A program made the position numbers and the translations under genes. Below the pieces are notes generated by a model, which worked only from the letters and a program-made list of their open reading frames with translations, made no database searches and had not been told where the DNA came from. Below are positions 34,911-48,647 of a stretch of 64,000 bases of DNA, in pieces. This DNA comes from Phoronis australis (taxonomy: Eukaryota > Animalia > Phoronida). The stretch spans positions 372,001-436,000 of the forward strand of contig NMRA01000089.1 of the NCBI GenBank assembly GCA_002633005.1. The letters are read 5' to 3'. How positions within the stretch are numbered: position 1 is the first letter of the stretch; every line of letters begins with the position of its first letter.

Positions 34911-37731
34911 TCACCGATGACAAGTTACTCGACCACGGCCTTGTACTTTTGAGTATTTCACATCTCTGTATCTTTCCCTTTCACCCTGTTGGCATGAACA
35001 TAACTTATTTTCTTGCAGTTTTCTGAGACAGACAATTAGGCAGACTAACAATCCAAGTACAGTTATTACTGCTAGCACTATTGAGAGTGTTAATCCCGGT
35101 GCTATGAAAGTGTCGGGGGGTGACAACACAAAACACCAATGATCATCCTTCAGGACTTCACTTTTAACAGGATTCATTGTTCCCCCTCCGAACAAATGGT
35201 ATGTTCCATTATTGGACCAACTTATGCTCCCGTGTCTTGACCCAGGATTGGCTTTCAAACCATTATAAATATGCAACTCAGCGAGAATCTGCAATTCATT
35301 CTCAACAACAAGAGAACTGTTTATGTCAGCTCCTTCCAGAAGTCTCCATCGACAACTGGAAATGTTAAAGGTCCACAGGTCACCATACATAACTCTGTTA
35401 CCAGCAGGATTTTTGCCTATTCCTCCATAGAGCAGGAGATTACCAGACTTGTCAGTCCAAGATAAGGCACCCAATCTTCCATTTGGTCGAGTGTTCTTAC
35501 CATAATCATGAATTTCTGAATCACAATTTTCCCAAACTTGTTGAGAAATAGAATATTCCCACATGGCTGTGTTGAGATTGTTGAATGTTGTGCCTGGCAC
35601 TGCACTCGCGCCCCCAAACATGTATAACTTATCTCCATGCTTCCATGTACTTGCTCCATGTAGACCAGTGGGAGTGACCGATTCGCGGCGATTAACAGGC
35701 ACCCGATGCCAGGTGAAATTATTGAGCGATAGCCTCCAAAAATGTTTACTGACCTCAGTTGTAGAAGTCAAACCTCCATAAATATACATGTTGTCATGGA
35801 AACACCAACTTGCTGCTTGAGCACTAGACATAATGACAGGAAATGTTGCATTGTCAGGTAGTCGCAACCAAGAGTGAGTAGTAAAATAATACAACCATGT
35901 ATCATTGAGGATGACTCCAGAATGACCTTGACCTCCATGTACCACCAATACGATGCCTGAAATGTCACAACATCAACAGACAAACAGCAAACAGTGATAA
36001 AGACAATAAAACTTTCTGGGACAGATGGTGATGGCCAGATTTCTTGCCAGTTTAAGTCCGAGACATAGCAGCAACTCGAATGGTAGCATATTTAACAAAG
36101 TTTAATGTGCACGCCAAGAATTGTGCCATGACACTCGGCTTACCTCAAAATCCAACTGCTGCCAGGTGTTTTGGTAATTGGCCCAATTATTTTGCACAAA
36201 CCCTGCAGAATTTATGAGGAAAAACGTTAAATAAGTGTTTTAGGTTGTAAAAGTCACATTTCTTGTCCAATTTTCAAAATTCAAAAACCTAATCATATGT
36301 ACTTTTTACAAACTATTCAAATATGCTATTTAAAAACTTTCAAAATGAAAATTTAAAAATATTTTTGCCCCCATTGTGTTCATGATGGGTTTGATTATCT
36401 AGAGAACGATACCATCAGCAACCTGAGGTGCAACAGCATAGTGCCTTTGATCAACGCCGGCAGATTTCGAGGTACGCAAAAAGATCGAGATGCCCAATCT
36501 CGACCAGTTCGAGTGTAAACGCAAGGTTCTTTTCATGGTAAGACAGCAAGTTGTGAGCAAAATTCTAACATCAAAATTATAAAACAGCAACAGTTAACCA
36601 GTCAAATTACAGTCTACGATAATGAGACACATTTCAGATGCATATTCTCTGTCTTCTGTTCCAAAGAAAAGATTCTGAAACACACAAAAAATCTATCCCA
36701 CCCAGATTTGACAAATGATGACTTGTGGTCTTTGGTGTTGAAGCTTATGGTTTTATGAGTATTCTAAAAATCAGAACATAAGCGTGATTACTGAGCGTTA
36801 CTTTTGTAATACCAGGAATTCAAAGGATACATTAGTCAATCCAATGCAAGTTGAAACCGTGCGTAGAACTTTTTAGGCAGAACAAGCATCTTCATGATTA
36901 AAAGTAAACAACTTCAAGCAATCAAGGATCTGCTTAAGTCAGTGTCTTGGTCACTTTTGGTGCAAGCTGAACAAAAGACAGCGAGAGGATCAAAATCATT
37001 ACAGTTATGTAACATACCTTGAACTCCACAGCACGCTGCATTTTTGCGACCTTCCGGTGACTTCTCCAGGTCATTTCCATGGGACACCAGTGACCAAGTA
37101 TTGTTCAATTTATTATATAACCATAAATCGTTGAGCAAGTCATGACTTTGACCTGGTGCAGTTTGACTTTCACCTCCAAACATCCATAATTGAGACCCTG
37201 ACGCATCCCAAGATGCACTACCTAATCTTGGACTTGGGCATATCACAGTGTTGTTGGTTCGAAGAAGGTTCCAGTTGCCTACATGTGAAATTTCATTTGA
37301 AGTTCCTGCATCGCTTATTGTCCAAACTGAAAAGGCAATAACAGACAAAAATATTTAAGCACGACATAGCAAGCACACAGACACTACGTTATCATAACAA
37401 AATATCTGTCAGAAATGTTAATGGGTGACAATTACAAGGATAGTTCAATAGAAATTCATTAAGTTTGCAAACATAAGCTGGTTGTGGCGATCTTTCCTAA
37501 GGTAATACTCATTTGCAGGGGCTTATGGACAATGTATGAAATGGACAATGAACGAAATGGCTTGAAAACGATTCCACTGGGTGTTATTTAATATTTTTCA
37601 TGGATATTTAGCTTAAGGAAATCTTAGTTAAATATAGCATAACACCAACCAATCTTTCTCTCCGTGTCTTGAGATGCCGACATAACTTGGAGACCATACT
37701 TCATCAGGAGCAGCACGGTCAATTCTTTCAT
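34911..37731 (-). CDS. Uncharacterised type I membrane protein with a luminal/extracellular kelch (galactose-oxidase-like) beta-propeller, ~478 aa
   Basis: Exons 37731-37650 (putative signal peptide MKELTVLLLMKYGLQVMSA, less certain), 37326-37018 and 35956-34911 join in phase 1. Six kelch-type GG motifs (LWMFGG, VVHGG, YIYGG, LYMFGG, LLLYGG, YHLFGG), most followed by D-x-W; many N-x-S/T sequons; TM GLTLSIVLAVITVLGLLVCLIVCL; tail DVKYSKV. Confidence 0.85.
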
Positions 37732-39877
37732 TTTCACATGAGCGTTAGAGAATTTAACCAACTTCAGCCAGCTCACAGCCCTTCAATACATGACAGTATC
37801 TGCATCATCTGCAATGTGTCCAGAATTAGAGCCAATGTATCATGATATCATTGCCATGTGTGCTAGTTAATATATCTACTTGTTAGTCACTAATAGTACT
37901 ATAGACCCTATTCAGTCAGATACTTAAAAATATTCGACTTATATCACGAAATTAGAAGTTCCACAAGGAATCCATATTTCAATAGCAGATGCCATAATTT
38001 TAATATTTTGAGTTTTTTAATTATGAAAAATTAGGGTATACTCCTTCAAATTTGACATATTTTGACCACAAATTGACTGACAACTATTTTGAATACATGA
38101 CGTTCAATGTGTTGTTCACTCTTTCTGAATGTTGTTCTTGTCCGGTTTTGAGAAACAACCAATGTGCAGCAAGTTATCAGTAAAACAAAGCTGCACCATA
38201 ATTCAGCGCAAAAAACAATTGGTAGTTCTCAGATTATTTGTATATTATTTATCACTCAAGGCTGAAATAGTAAACCGCAATTTCATAGTTTAGAAAACAG
38301 AAAAAGAAACGTAAATATATGTTTGCTAAAATGGATATTTCTGTTCCCGAAAATGAAAAACCAGGGTCTTTTATAGTACAGTAAACACAACAAGAAAGAT
38401 GTGTTAACGGATGTTGCCCACTTGACATCTACTTGTAGCTCCAGGCCGTCCATTCTTTGTGTTTCTATGCCCAGTGAAACAATTACATACCTTTCCATCA
38501 GTAAAGGAACCAAAATTAATTTAATTTCACACTGCAGTAAGAATCTAAGCCTTGAAAACAGTACTGTAAATTACAACTTGACTGGATTAACTCGGAGCTT
38601 GGAAATGAAAAACAACTGAAGTTCAGACATCTAGAGGCTAATGACTGGCGATCTTCCATAATTTATTAACTATTCACACTCATTTCGATTGTGTGATACA
38701 AGTTCTTGTAAAGCCGGAGACAACAGATGATTGTCGGGCCAATGATAATAATTGTAAAAAATGTTAATACTGAACAACAAGTTTCACCTGATTGCTTTAA
38801 TGAACATACCAAGTTCGCGCAGACACCTGCAGAAGGTCATTACTGCTCGGTGCAGAGTGGATTCACTCCAGCATCCTTCCAGGCCCAGCTACCTATGATC
38901 TAAATGGGGTAATAAAACAATTATCTAATCAACCAGAACCATAAACCCTTTGTTAAGCTATGTTTAGTTACATAGTCTGACTGGGATAGCTGCATGACTA
39001 AGTGCAGAGCTCACAATAACTGCTTTCACTGACCTTCTGTGAGTTCTATTTCAATTTCAAAAAGCCTATTGTGTGTGAATAACAAACAATGATTTACAAC
39101 CATCACAGTCACTATGTAGACTACTTTTTCCCTCCACGACCATGGCCAAATTGATAGTCTTTTCCCATCATGGCGTGGCGTAAGTTAAGATTTGAAGTCT
39201 GTGGCCCTGAAGCAAGGTAAATAAATATACAGGTATTTATGGAAATTATGGTCCACAAGTATTCTCAAGACATCCATTGAACACATGAAGCACATCCAAA
39301 TCAATTTGGTCCAATACTTTGTCGCGGTGTTGACATTGGGTGCAGCTGTTATTAGGGCCGGATATGCCGTAGAGCATGAACAATGTACAGTGAAGGATTT
39401 GCATTATGCTGATCTAGTGGTTGAGGGAATAGTGAGGTGACTTCAAAATCCTAGATCGCTTCTGATGTAGATTGTAGATCAATTCCCTGCTGATAGTCTC
39501 TGCCTTGGTGACTTGTTCACGAGACAGGCAAATATTGTTCATTACTCATTACTATGCCAATGGCACTTTTGAACTAGTATTAACAGCTTAGTGTTATATC
39601 TGCACCACGTGACTTTCAATTTTTAAAGCAGTGTGAGGCATAATTCGCCGAAAAGCTTTTGCCGGCGTACTGTAGTCAGTGTAGTCTGTATGAAGCTCCA
39701 AAAGTTGCCGGGTTTATAGTAGTAAAGGGGTCCTACCTGTAAATGACTAGACTTTTCGGTAACATGCTCTATTCGAGAGTCACTCAAGTAAAAAAACTAA
39801 CATCAAATTGGTTTCTGTGTCAGGTGAACGCGATAACAGTAAGATTTTGAGCAGGTGGTGATCGAAGCACACTGTTT

Positions 39878-39911
39878 GCGGAAGTAAACTAAACACCGAT
39901 TAATGACGTCA
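39878..39911. promoter_or_regulatory. Candidate promoter: ETS-type GCGGAAGT and a full CRE TGACGTCA between the divergent kelch and PC genes
   Basis: Motifs at 39878-39885 and 39904-39911, just upstream of a minus-strand donor (cag|gtagga at 39737) that could end a non-coding first exon. Motif evidence only. Confidence 0.35.
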
Positions 39912-41807
39912 TGGTGGTAGTTCCCAAATTCACCTACAGGGGTTTGCTCAATTCAAGGACGTTGCAATCACAATAGATGTTTAGTGGCACACGCGTGATC
40001 ATTTGAGCAAGAAGGGGTGAGTTGCAGGAGACATTTTCGTTAAACAGTTAATATTTTGTCACGTATTCTTTGTAGAGGTGATCCAGATTATTTGCTCTTG
40101 TGGGAAACTGGCGAGAAGTTGAGCAGTCTGCTATCGGCTACCGGCGTCCCCTGATGACGAGTTGCTCGTTTCATGTTCGTCTGATCAGACCGGAGGCTCA
40201 TGCTTGTAAACCGAAGGCCGCTCGAATGACACTAGGCCTATATTATATATAGGCTTAGTACATAACAGCGTGTGGCTGATGGCCGTGCCTGCGTCGTAAA
40301 CAAGCACTGATATAGTAGTTGATGTTGATGACCCTACGCAAATACAAGAACCTGAAATACCTAAACTTCTTGCTGAATGTTGCATAACCAGTCCCCCCCC
40401 ACCCGCCTACTTTCACAAGCCTATGTGTATAATATCGCAATCTCATCTAGATTTCATTTAAATGTCAGTTTTTTGTATATATTTGTTGAAACCCAGTCGT
40501 TAGCCTAAACTTTTCATTTTTTTTCTTTGACTTCCACTCAAGAGGTTCAATTTTTGTTTTAGTTCACTAAATTTCTCCTGTTTTACGGTGTTGCGCCTGA
40601 CAGGTATTTCAGGCATGTCTCAGAACATTACTAATAGCTGTTCCTTGAACCAAATAAAAAATTTTGACTGTCATTGACTGTATTGTTTATAAATAAATAT
40701 TATGTACACACAATTTTGCATCGTGAAAGCACTTAACTCATACTTTGCAAGTAGATTAAGTACAAAAACTGTGTCACCCATGGCCAGGAGAGTGTGTATG
40801 ATGGTGGACAAATAAGACCAAGATAGCTGTCATTGAGAAATCTGGAAATGGCATGTCCAATATTTTTTTGTGTTTTCATTGTACTGTTAAAAATACCCAG
40901 ACTGCAAGTTAACATAATTAAGGAATGGAATATAGTCATGATTTGCCAGCAGTTTTCAACACCAAATTGCCAAATGTAATGGAGGGTGAGGGTTATGCAG
41001 TACACTAATTTACCTCAGACCTCTATTTAATTCAGCTACGTTTGTGTGTTGTTGTGTGTTGTCTTGGTAAGCAATCGTCATATGCCGCGAATAGGCTAGT
41101 TCACGTATCTTTTGACAAACTTGTGTTTGATTTAATCACATTTTCTCATGTTCATAAAGTATTGTAAGCCCGGCTAAAGAATGTCTAGGTACAGCTCTTA
41201 GGCATTTAAAATAACAAAAAAGACACAATATGGTGAAATTTCATTTTGTCAGTGAAAATGGCTTTTAAAAATGTTTTCCTATCTTGCTTGCGTGGTCTGT
41301 ACATTATGTCACTTGAAAAAATTTGAAAAAAATAAAGTATTTGCTGCTGTTCACTACTTTTGAAAAATATAAAAAAATCAATTTTGGTAAATGTTGCTTA
41401 CATATGTTTGGAAATTGATACTGACAATATGTATTCGAGATTTATGACGTAAAAAAGCTGCTTTTATTTCTCTTGAAAGATATGGTAGGTAGACTGACAC
41501 TTGATGGTCCAAAGTCTAAAATAACACTCGGGCTGGCTGTAAATATTTATTATACCTATGCATGTCTTATCTGTCCAGGTGACCTTCAGTGAAGTCATAC
41601 TGTCTAGGCCACAGTTCAATGAACTCGTGTTTTGAATGGATAAGACAAAAGTAGCGTAGTTATTTCTAGTCTGTGTTGTTTATGTGAAAGTTGAAGTAAT
41701 GGTATGATATTACTCCAGACCAAGTATGAGTTACTTATTTGTTTGTATGCATACTGTAGGTAGCATTTTTCATCTGGTGGGTTGAAATTTAATCTACATG
41801 TCTCTTA

Positions 41808-42312
41808 AGGCCCTTTCATATTGACTTACTCCGGTCTGAGCAGAGCATCGACGTAAACAGCGCAGTTAATTGTACCGTTCATACTGGCTTTGGTAGTTAA
41901 TGACCATCGAAGTAAAGGGTTGGTGACGCTGACGTCATCGAAGTTATCGCAAGGTAGCGCTGCATGCTAAGATTTTTTTCAATGTGACAATTTGGAACAT
42001 TTAAATGTGCAAAATGACATTAAACTCATTTTTAAATTGATTGGTTATCATTAAAGCAAAAAATAAGTTGTTATTAGTGACGGCACTACTGTGTAACTGT
42101 TTACGATAACAGTGGCACCTGGCGATAACTTCGATTGGACCAGAGTCAAGCGTTCATACTGCACCGCAGCGTCGACGCTGCGGTCTTAAATCCACCTATT
42201 AACTGCGATGTTAACTGGAGCTCTTAACTGCGATACAGGACCGGAGTTAAGCGTTCATACTGACCGCCACTCCCCAAACTATCGACGCGTTGACGTTAGT
42301 ATGAAAGGCCCT
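41808..42312. mobile_element. PIF/Harbinger (Tourist-like) MITE, 505 bp
   Basis: TIRs AGGCCCTTTCATA / TATGAAAGGCCCT (1 mismatch); TTA on both flanks (41805-41807, 42313-42315); internal repeats of GTTCATACTG. Confidence 0.8.
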
Positions 42313-45300
42313 TTAAAACGGGCAAGGCCTCTCAGAAGGCTCAGGCAACTTTCCCCATAAGTGAGGGCCAGTGCTGAATCAATGTATGATTAGATCCACA
42401 GGTAAGGGTTTTAAGGCTGTCGCGCACAGAAGGCTGTGATATCGGGTGAAATTTTACCTCATGTCATCGTTACTTGCATACAGCAAGAGAACATGATGAT
42501 GATCCGGTAAACTACGGTATATTTGTACTAAGCAGCCTGAATGTGGTACACAAGGTTAAAGCCAACGAGATAGATATGTTGTTGTTGAGTGATACAATAA
42601 TTAATTTTCATACGATAACAAATGCAGTTTAGCACTTAGATCACCTAGCTTGCGATGTAAAGAAAAGATGTTTGCCTTGTTGCCTTGTGAGGTAAACCCC
42701 CTTGGTGCATTGTGCGTGACTTATGAGCCGAGCTCATTTTTATTTGAGGAACACCATCTCACCGATCTCGTTGGGACATTCCCAGATGAAATGAATTCTC
42801 GATAGGATAAGGCAGTAGTATTCCTATGTACCGGGTATGTGGGATTGACTTTGTTTCTTGATTTTTATCGTTATAACTCGTGCAACTTGTCTGTGGACAA
42901 ATTTCGACATAATCTATACTCATTATGTTTGACAGAAAATGCGGAAGTGGTGTCTCTAGCCCCGGGGATGTCCTGTTCGATTCCCGGGGTCCCTGCTTTA
43001 AATGGTTGGGGTCGTGTTTTTTTGGGCTGGTTAACTGTTTTGATGTTGCGCGAGTCTGTTTTTGACACCGGGATATCTGTTTTACACCGGGGTTCCAATT
43101 CCAGTGGAACATCTTGGTAATGCGATATGATTGCCTGAGACCCTCTCAACTAGGCTGGGGTGGGGTGGGGGGGGGGGGTGTTTATANNGTGTTTATAAAC
43201 TATTTTCAGTCATTGACTACCTAATGTGAAGATGGTTGCAGCTGACCATATAGCCTTGTGTCTTTATGGCTACTAGTATTAGAGAGTTTGTCGAGAAATT
43301 GGTATAGATAGACGTTTTCTTTCTCTTTACGTAGTTGGGTACAAGTTTCAAAATGGGTCACAGCAGTGCACCAGTGAAATGTTCTATAAATAGACCAGTG
43401 ACTTTATAAATAGTGGATGGGTGTCTGTGGCGACTGTTGCTGCCGTTGTTACATTCCGACTATTTTCGTTTTTAGTTACCTAAAGACCTTGCGACAACCA
43501 ACGAGTGGCACGCATTCATGAAAACAACTATTGAATGTGATTGCTTTCAGTCTGTGTCTGATGTCTGCAAGTTGTCTGATATTATGCATATTTAGGTGGC
43601 GATACGAGTGGGACTTGGTGATAAGAGCTTTTGGTCCCATTTTAAGTTGCACGAACTTGTTTATTATCCTTGGAAAAATCCTGGCCTAAATCTTTAAGAT
43701 GAGTTTTCGAAAAACGTATTCAATTTCTTGATGAATCTTTATTTGTTTGAAGTACGTCATTGTCACATTGAAATTTTCAGTGAAGTACTATGCTGTGATA
43801 GTACAGCTCGTGTATACTTGTGCTGCCGCGCATCAAGCTTGTATATTGGATTTCAGCTCTTGAATTTTGTCTTGCCTCAGCAATATTACACTTAGGATTT
43901 GCACACAACCTTCATGGCAGAACAGTTGATCAAATCAATGTGTGTGTGATCAATACCTGTAGTGAAATCTGCATCACCAGTATGAGGTTCGCACTGAGTC
44001 CACCTGCGGATTTACATTAATTAGTTAAATTAAAATGGAGTTAGTATTTATGCCAGTCACCATTCATGTACCTAGAGATCGCCATAGTAATGATTGGACC
44101 GAATCTTCAAAAACATTTGTAAAACTTAACAGAAAATTGTGAAGGTATGTATAATGTTTACATCAAAATGTAATTATAAAGGCATTTGAACATGGTCTGT
44201 TCCATGTTACTGTGTACATTGTCAATAGCTATGTACTAGCTTAAACTCATGCCATTATCATGACTGCTTATCTAACTTCCTTTTAGTGTAAAACAGACCA
44301 ATTGCCACATCAGCAATGGCTACTACTGCAGTTTGAATGCTTTTAAGCAGACACAGTAATTTAATCTCACCAATTTCGACAAATAATCGCCAAAATTAGT
44401 CTTTTTCATTTTTCGAACGCTTATAATATGGTTTGGAATGTCTCCAGTTGCTGGAAACATTGTCTGTAGGTAGCTATGGCGTAGCCGTAGGTAATTCAAA
44501 CATTGGTATGTTGGTACTATAATTGTCTTTTATTAAAAAGATTAGTGAAAACATAGAATTTCACCTGTCCGCTACATATGGTGTCCTAAATTGGTGTGTT
44601 TTATAGGTTCATAATTTGTCTGTATATATATATAGTGTGTGTGTGTGGTGTTTGTGGTGTGTGTGTGTGTGCGTGTGTGTGCATGTGCGTGTGTGTGCGT
44701 GCATACTGGAAACAAAGGTACTGAGTATGCTTAACAATAGACCAGATTGATACCTGCTTTTCAAAATTGAAATTATAAGGGAAATATGTATAATGGTACA
44801 ATTCCTACAGTATGAAGCTAATTAGGGCATTCCAAAAATGCACTCACAATCCAGTACAATTCAGTTTCCATGTATCAGACTCCACGCCATTAAGAAATTG
44901 TTCTCAAATTGTTACTGACAAATAAGAGGCGGTTTGAGGGCTTTGAAATAACTGATAGTTTGCTATTGCTTGAGACCAAGCTCTTCAAGTTGGCTTGCCA
45001 CAGCTTGCATCCTTCCCTGAACACGGTCTCGAGGAATAACTAGTTGTCAGTTCTTTTCAAGGCGTAAGTCATTTTACATCATAGTCAAAGAGCTCCATTT
45101 TACTGTGGTGTCTCTGGTCTTAGTAAATCAAAAGTTTGGGTTGATAAGCGCTTTAAACTTTGACATGCCAGGTTACTTTAGCACTGACCTGTGGACAAAT
45201 TAGTGGGAAAGAACCTTAAGAGTATTTGACTTGACAAACTGGCATAACTATGGAAACATAACCCCTAGTACATAACCATTTATTTCCAACAGCAATTCAT

Positions 45301-45350
45301 TTGGAAGCACATTATTCATTTATGATTACCACCATGACTACGTACACATT

Positions 45351-45763
45351 GTTGCGCAGTGTACAACCCATTGATGATGTGCTGGTGATGGTCTGTGTTG
45401 CGCAGTGTACAACCCATTGATGATGTGCTGGTGATGGTCTGTGTTGCGCAGTGTACAACCCATTGATGATGTGCTGGTGATGGTCTGTGTTGCGCAGTGT
45501 ACAACCCATTGATGATGTGCTGGTGATGGTCTGTGTTGCGCAGTGTACAACCCATTGATGATGTGCTGGTGATGGTCTGTGTTGCGCAGTGTACAACCCA
45601 TTGATGATGTGCTGGTGATGGTCTGTGTTGCGCAGTGTACAACCCATTGATGATGTGCTGGTGATGGTCTGTGTTGCGCAGTGTACAACCCATTGATGAT
45701 GTGCTGGTGATGGTCTGTGTTGTGCAGTGTACAACCCATTGATGATGTGCTGGTGATGGTCTG
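45351..45763. repeat. 46-bp minisatellite, ~9 copies, cut by a gap
   Basis: Unit gttgcgcagtgtacaacccattgatgatgtgctggtgatggtctgt at exact 46-nt spacing. Confidence 0.95.
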
Positions 45764-45764
45764 N

Positions 45765-46196
45765 TGTGTACATTGTCAATAGGTATGTACTAGCTCAAAC
45801 TCATGCCATTACTGTGTACATTGTCAATAGGTATGTACTAGCTCAAAGTCATGCCATTACTGTGTACATTGTCAATAGGTATGTACTAGCTCAAACTCAT
45901 GCCATTACTGTGTACATTGTCAATAGGTATGTACTAGCTCAAACTCATGCCATTACTGTGTACATTGTCAATAGGTATGTACTAGCTCAAACTCATGCCA
46001 TTACTGTGTACATTGTCAATAGGTATGTACTAGCTCAAACTCATGCCATTACTGTGTACATTGTCAATAGGTATGTACTAGCTCAAAGTCATGCCATTAC
46101 TGTGTACATTGTCAATATGTATGTACTAGCTCAAACTCATGCCATTACTGTGTACATTGTCAATAGGTATGTACTAGCTCAAACTCATGCCATTAT
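45765..46196. repeat. 48-bp minisatellite, ~9 copies, cut by a gap
   Basis: Unit tgtgtacattgtcaataggtatgtactagctcaaactcatgccattac at exact 48-nt spacing. Confidence 0.95.
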
Positions 46197-48583
46197 CATG
46201 ACTGCTTATCTAACTTCCTTTTTGTGTAAGACAGACCAATTGCCACATCAGCAATGACTACTACTGCAGTTTGAATGCTTTTAAGCAGACACAGTAAAAT
46301 CTCACCAATTTCGACAAATAATCGCCAAAATTAGTCTTTTTCATTTTTCGAACGCTTATAATATGGTTTGGAATGTCTCCAGTTGCTGGAAACATTGTCT
46401 GTAGGTAGCTATGGCGTAGGTAATTCAAACATTGGTATGTTGGTACTATACTTGTCTTTTATTAAAAAGATTAGTGAAAACATAGAATTTCACCTGTCCG
46501 CTACATATGGTGTCCTAAATTGGTGTGTTTTATAGGTTCATAATTTGTCTGTATATATAGTGTGTGTGTGGTGTTTGTGGTGTGTGTGTGTGTGTGCGTG
46601 CGTGTGCGTGTGTGTGCGTGCATACTGGAAACAAAGGTACTGAGTATGCTTAACAATGGACCAGATTGATACCTGCTTTTCAAAACTGAAATTATAAGGG
46701 AAATATGTATAATGGTACAATTCCTACAGTATGAAGCTAATTAGGGCATTCCAAAAATGCACTCACAATCCAGTACAATTCAGTTTCCATGTATCAGACT
46801 CCACGCCATTAAGAAATTGTTCTCAAATTGTTACTTTCAAATAAGAGGCGGTTTGAGGGCTTTGAAATAACTGATAGTTTGCTATTGCTTGAGACCAAGC
46901 TCTTCAAGTTGGCTTGCCACAGCTTGCATCCTTCCCTGAACACGGTCTCGAGGAATAACTAGTTGTCAGTTCTTTTCAAGACGTAAGTCATTTTACATCA
47001 TAGTCAAAGAGCTCCATTTTACTGTGGTGTCTCTGGTCTTAGTAAATCAAAAGTTTGGGTTGATAAGTGCTTTAAACTTTGACATGCCAGGTTACTTTAG
47101 CACTGACCTGTGGACAAATTAGTGGGAAAGAACGTTAAGAGTATTTGACTTGACAAACTGGCATAACTATGGAAACATAACCCCTAGTACATAACCATTC
47201 ATTTCAAACAGCAATTCATTTGGAAGCACATCATCATTCATTTATGATTACCACCATGACTTCACATTGTTGCGCAGTGTACAACCCATTGATGATGTGC
47301 TAGTGATGGTATGAGTTCAGCACCAGCATCTTTGAGTACACTAAGCACATTTTAATACAAGAACTCGACAACTAATTCCCAATCAATAGAGCCTGTGTTA
47401 ACTACACATCTGATCATTTGAAAGACATATTGGGCAAATTCACCATGTTCTCACTTATCAAAATATGATTATGTGCTGCTGTAGGTTTGTAAAATTTTTA
47501 GTTCGTCATTTTTCAATAAAGCAAATTAACCTTTAATTTTAACTCATTGCTCACTTCACTTCGAGATTACATTAGACGTGCGTGCAGATCTTTTTCAAAT
47601 CTCTTTTGTCATTGAAGCATATGATAAATTGAAACTCAAATGTTGGGTAACTAGGTTTTTTCTTGCTTGATACTAATGTACATTTTGATTGACAGACTTA
47701 GCAGTAGACTTGTGCTTTGCATCACCTTGGACCAGGTGTCATATTGGGAGGAGTGGCAAATCCAAGCAACAACAGTTTCCAAATGCAGTTATCAGTCTGG
47801 TACATTGTTAAATCTTGCTATTCAGGACACTTTTAGTTACCAATTTAACAATTATCTGCTAAAACCCACTCGGGGGAAGTGTGTGTGGGAAATATGTGCG
47901 GATGTATTAGGTGCGCAGATCCCATTTGAAAACACTCTATTGTTATGGTCAAATTTTTATCATAATATATTTCTTCAGGGAAAATGTTCCTAAAATAACT
48001 TTCCATGATATTGCAATTTATTTCACCTAATGTTTTTTTTTTTTATTTTAAATGAATGCTTTTAAATTGCTTTGCTCTGCACAAAAGGAACTTAATAATA
48101 TCAATGTTGGTGATATCAAGAATTGATGATAACCGTGGTTCCTGTACAAATTTATTTGAAGTACAAGGTTGCATGAAATGGGTCAAAATTTTGCCAGGAA
48201 TCCATGCAGCTGAGATTCATTACGTCACAGTGGAAAAGTTTTAGTGTTCAAACTTCTAGCTGTGATTGATTTTGTCACGTAATCGCAAGCTTGCTGATAA
48301 GTTTTGTAGGATTGCTGAATACATCAAAGTTTTCCATCAGGTTATCCATAAGGTCAAATTTAAGGTCAGAGTTCACATAAAACCTTGTTGGGAATAGGAT
48401 TAAATCTAACCATTTTAGGACACAGCCTGGCCAACATGTTCTACAAATTAAATGATTTCAGTGTTGTACACCCACTGCCATGAAAACTTGTGAGTAATCA
48501 CAATCACATTAGAAGCCTTTGAAAAATGAAAAAAGGCAATTTTGGCAATTATTTTTGCCTGAGATCAGTGAAATTCTACTGCG

Positions 48584-48589
48584 CACACA

Positions 48590-48642
<53 letters not shown>
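48584..48642. repeat. (CA)n microsatellite
   Basis: Directly visible. Confidence 0.95.

Positions 48643-48647
<5 letters not shown>

Larger units (their letters stand above)
44208..47310. other. Haplotype-like tandem duplication (44208-45763 / 45765-47310) bounded by two minisatellites
   Basis: Copies meet at the N at 45764; both contain the same (TG)n tract (44635-44702, 46560-46620). Confidence 0.85.

Noticed and set aside
40150-40175. CTGATGA followed by a small stem as a hammerhead ribozyme
   Set aside because: The required GAAA after stem II is absent on this strand; other CTGANGA sites I checked also lacked the core.
42945-42995. tRNA or tRNA-derived SINE suggested by B-box-like GTTCGATTCC (42975-42984)
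   Set aside because: No cloverleaf or proper A-box spacing; only a CCCCGGG(G)A inverted repeat.
45312-46257. Repetitive ORFs of 125-163 aa (HHQH..., VYIVNRYVLAQTHAIT)
   Set aside because: Translations of the 46- and 48-bp minisatellites; the arrays are absent from the sister haplotype copy and have no splice or homology support.
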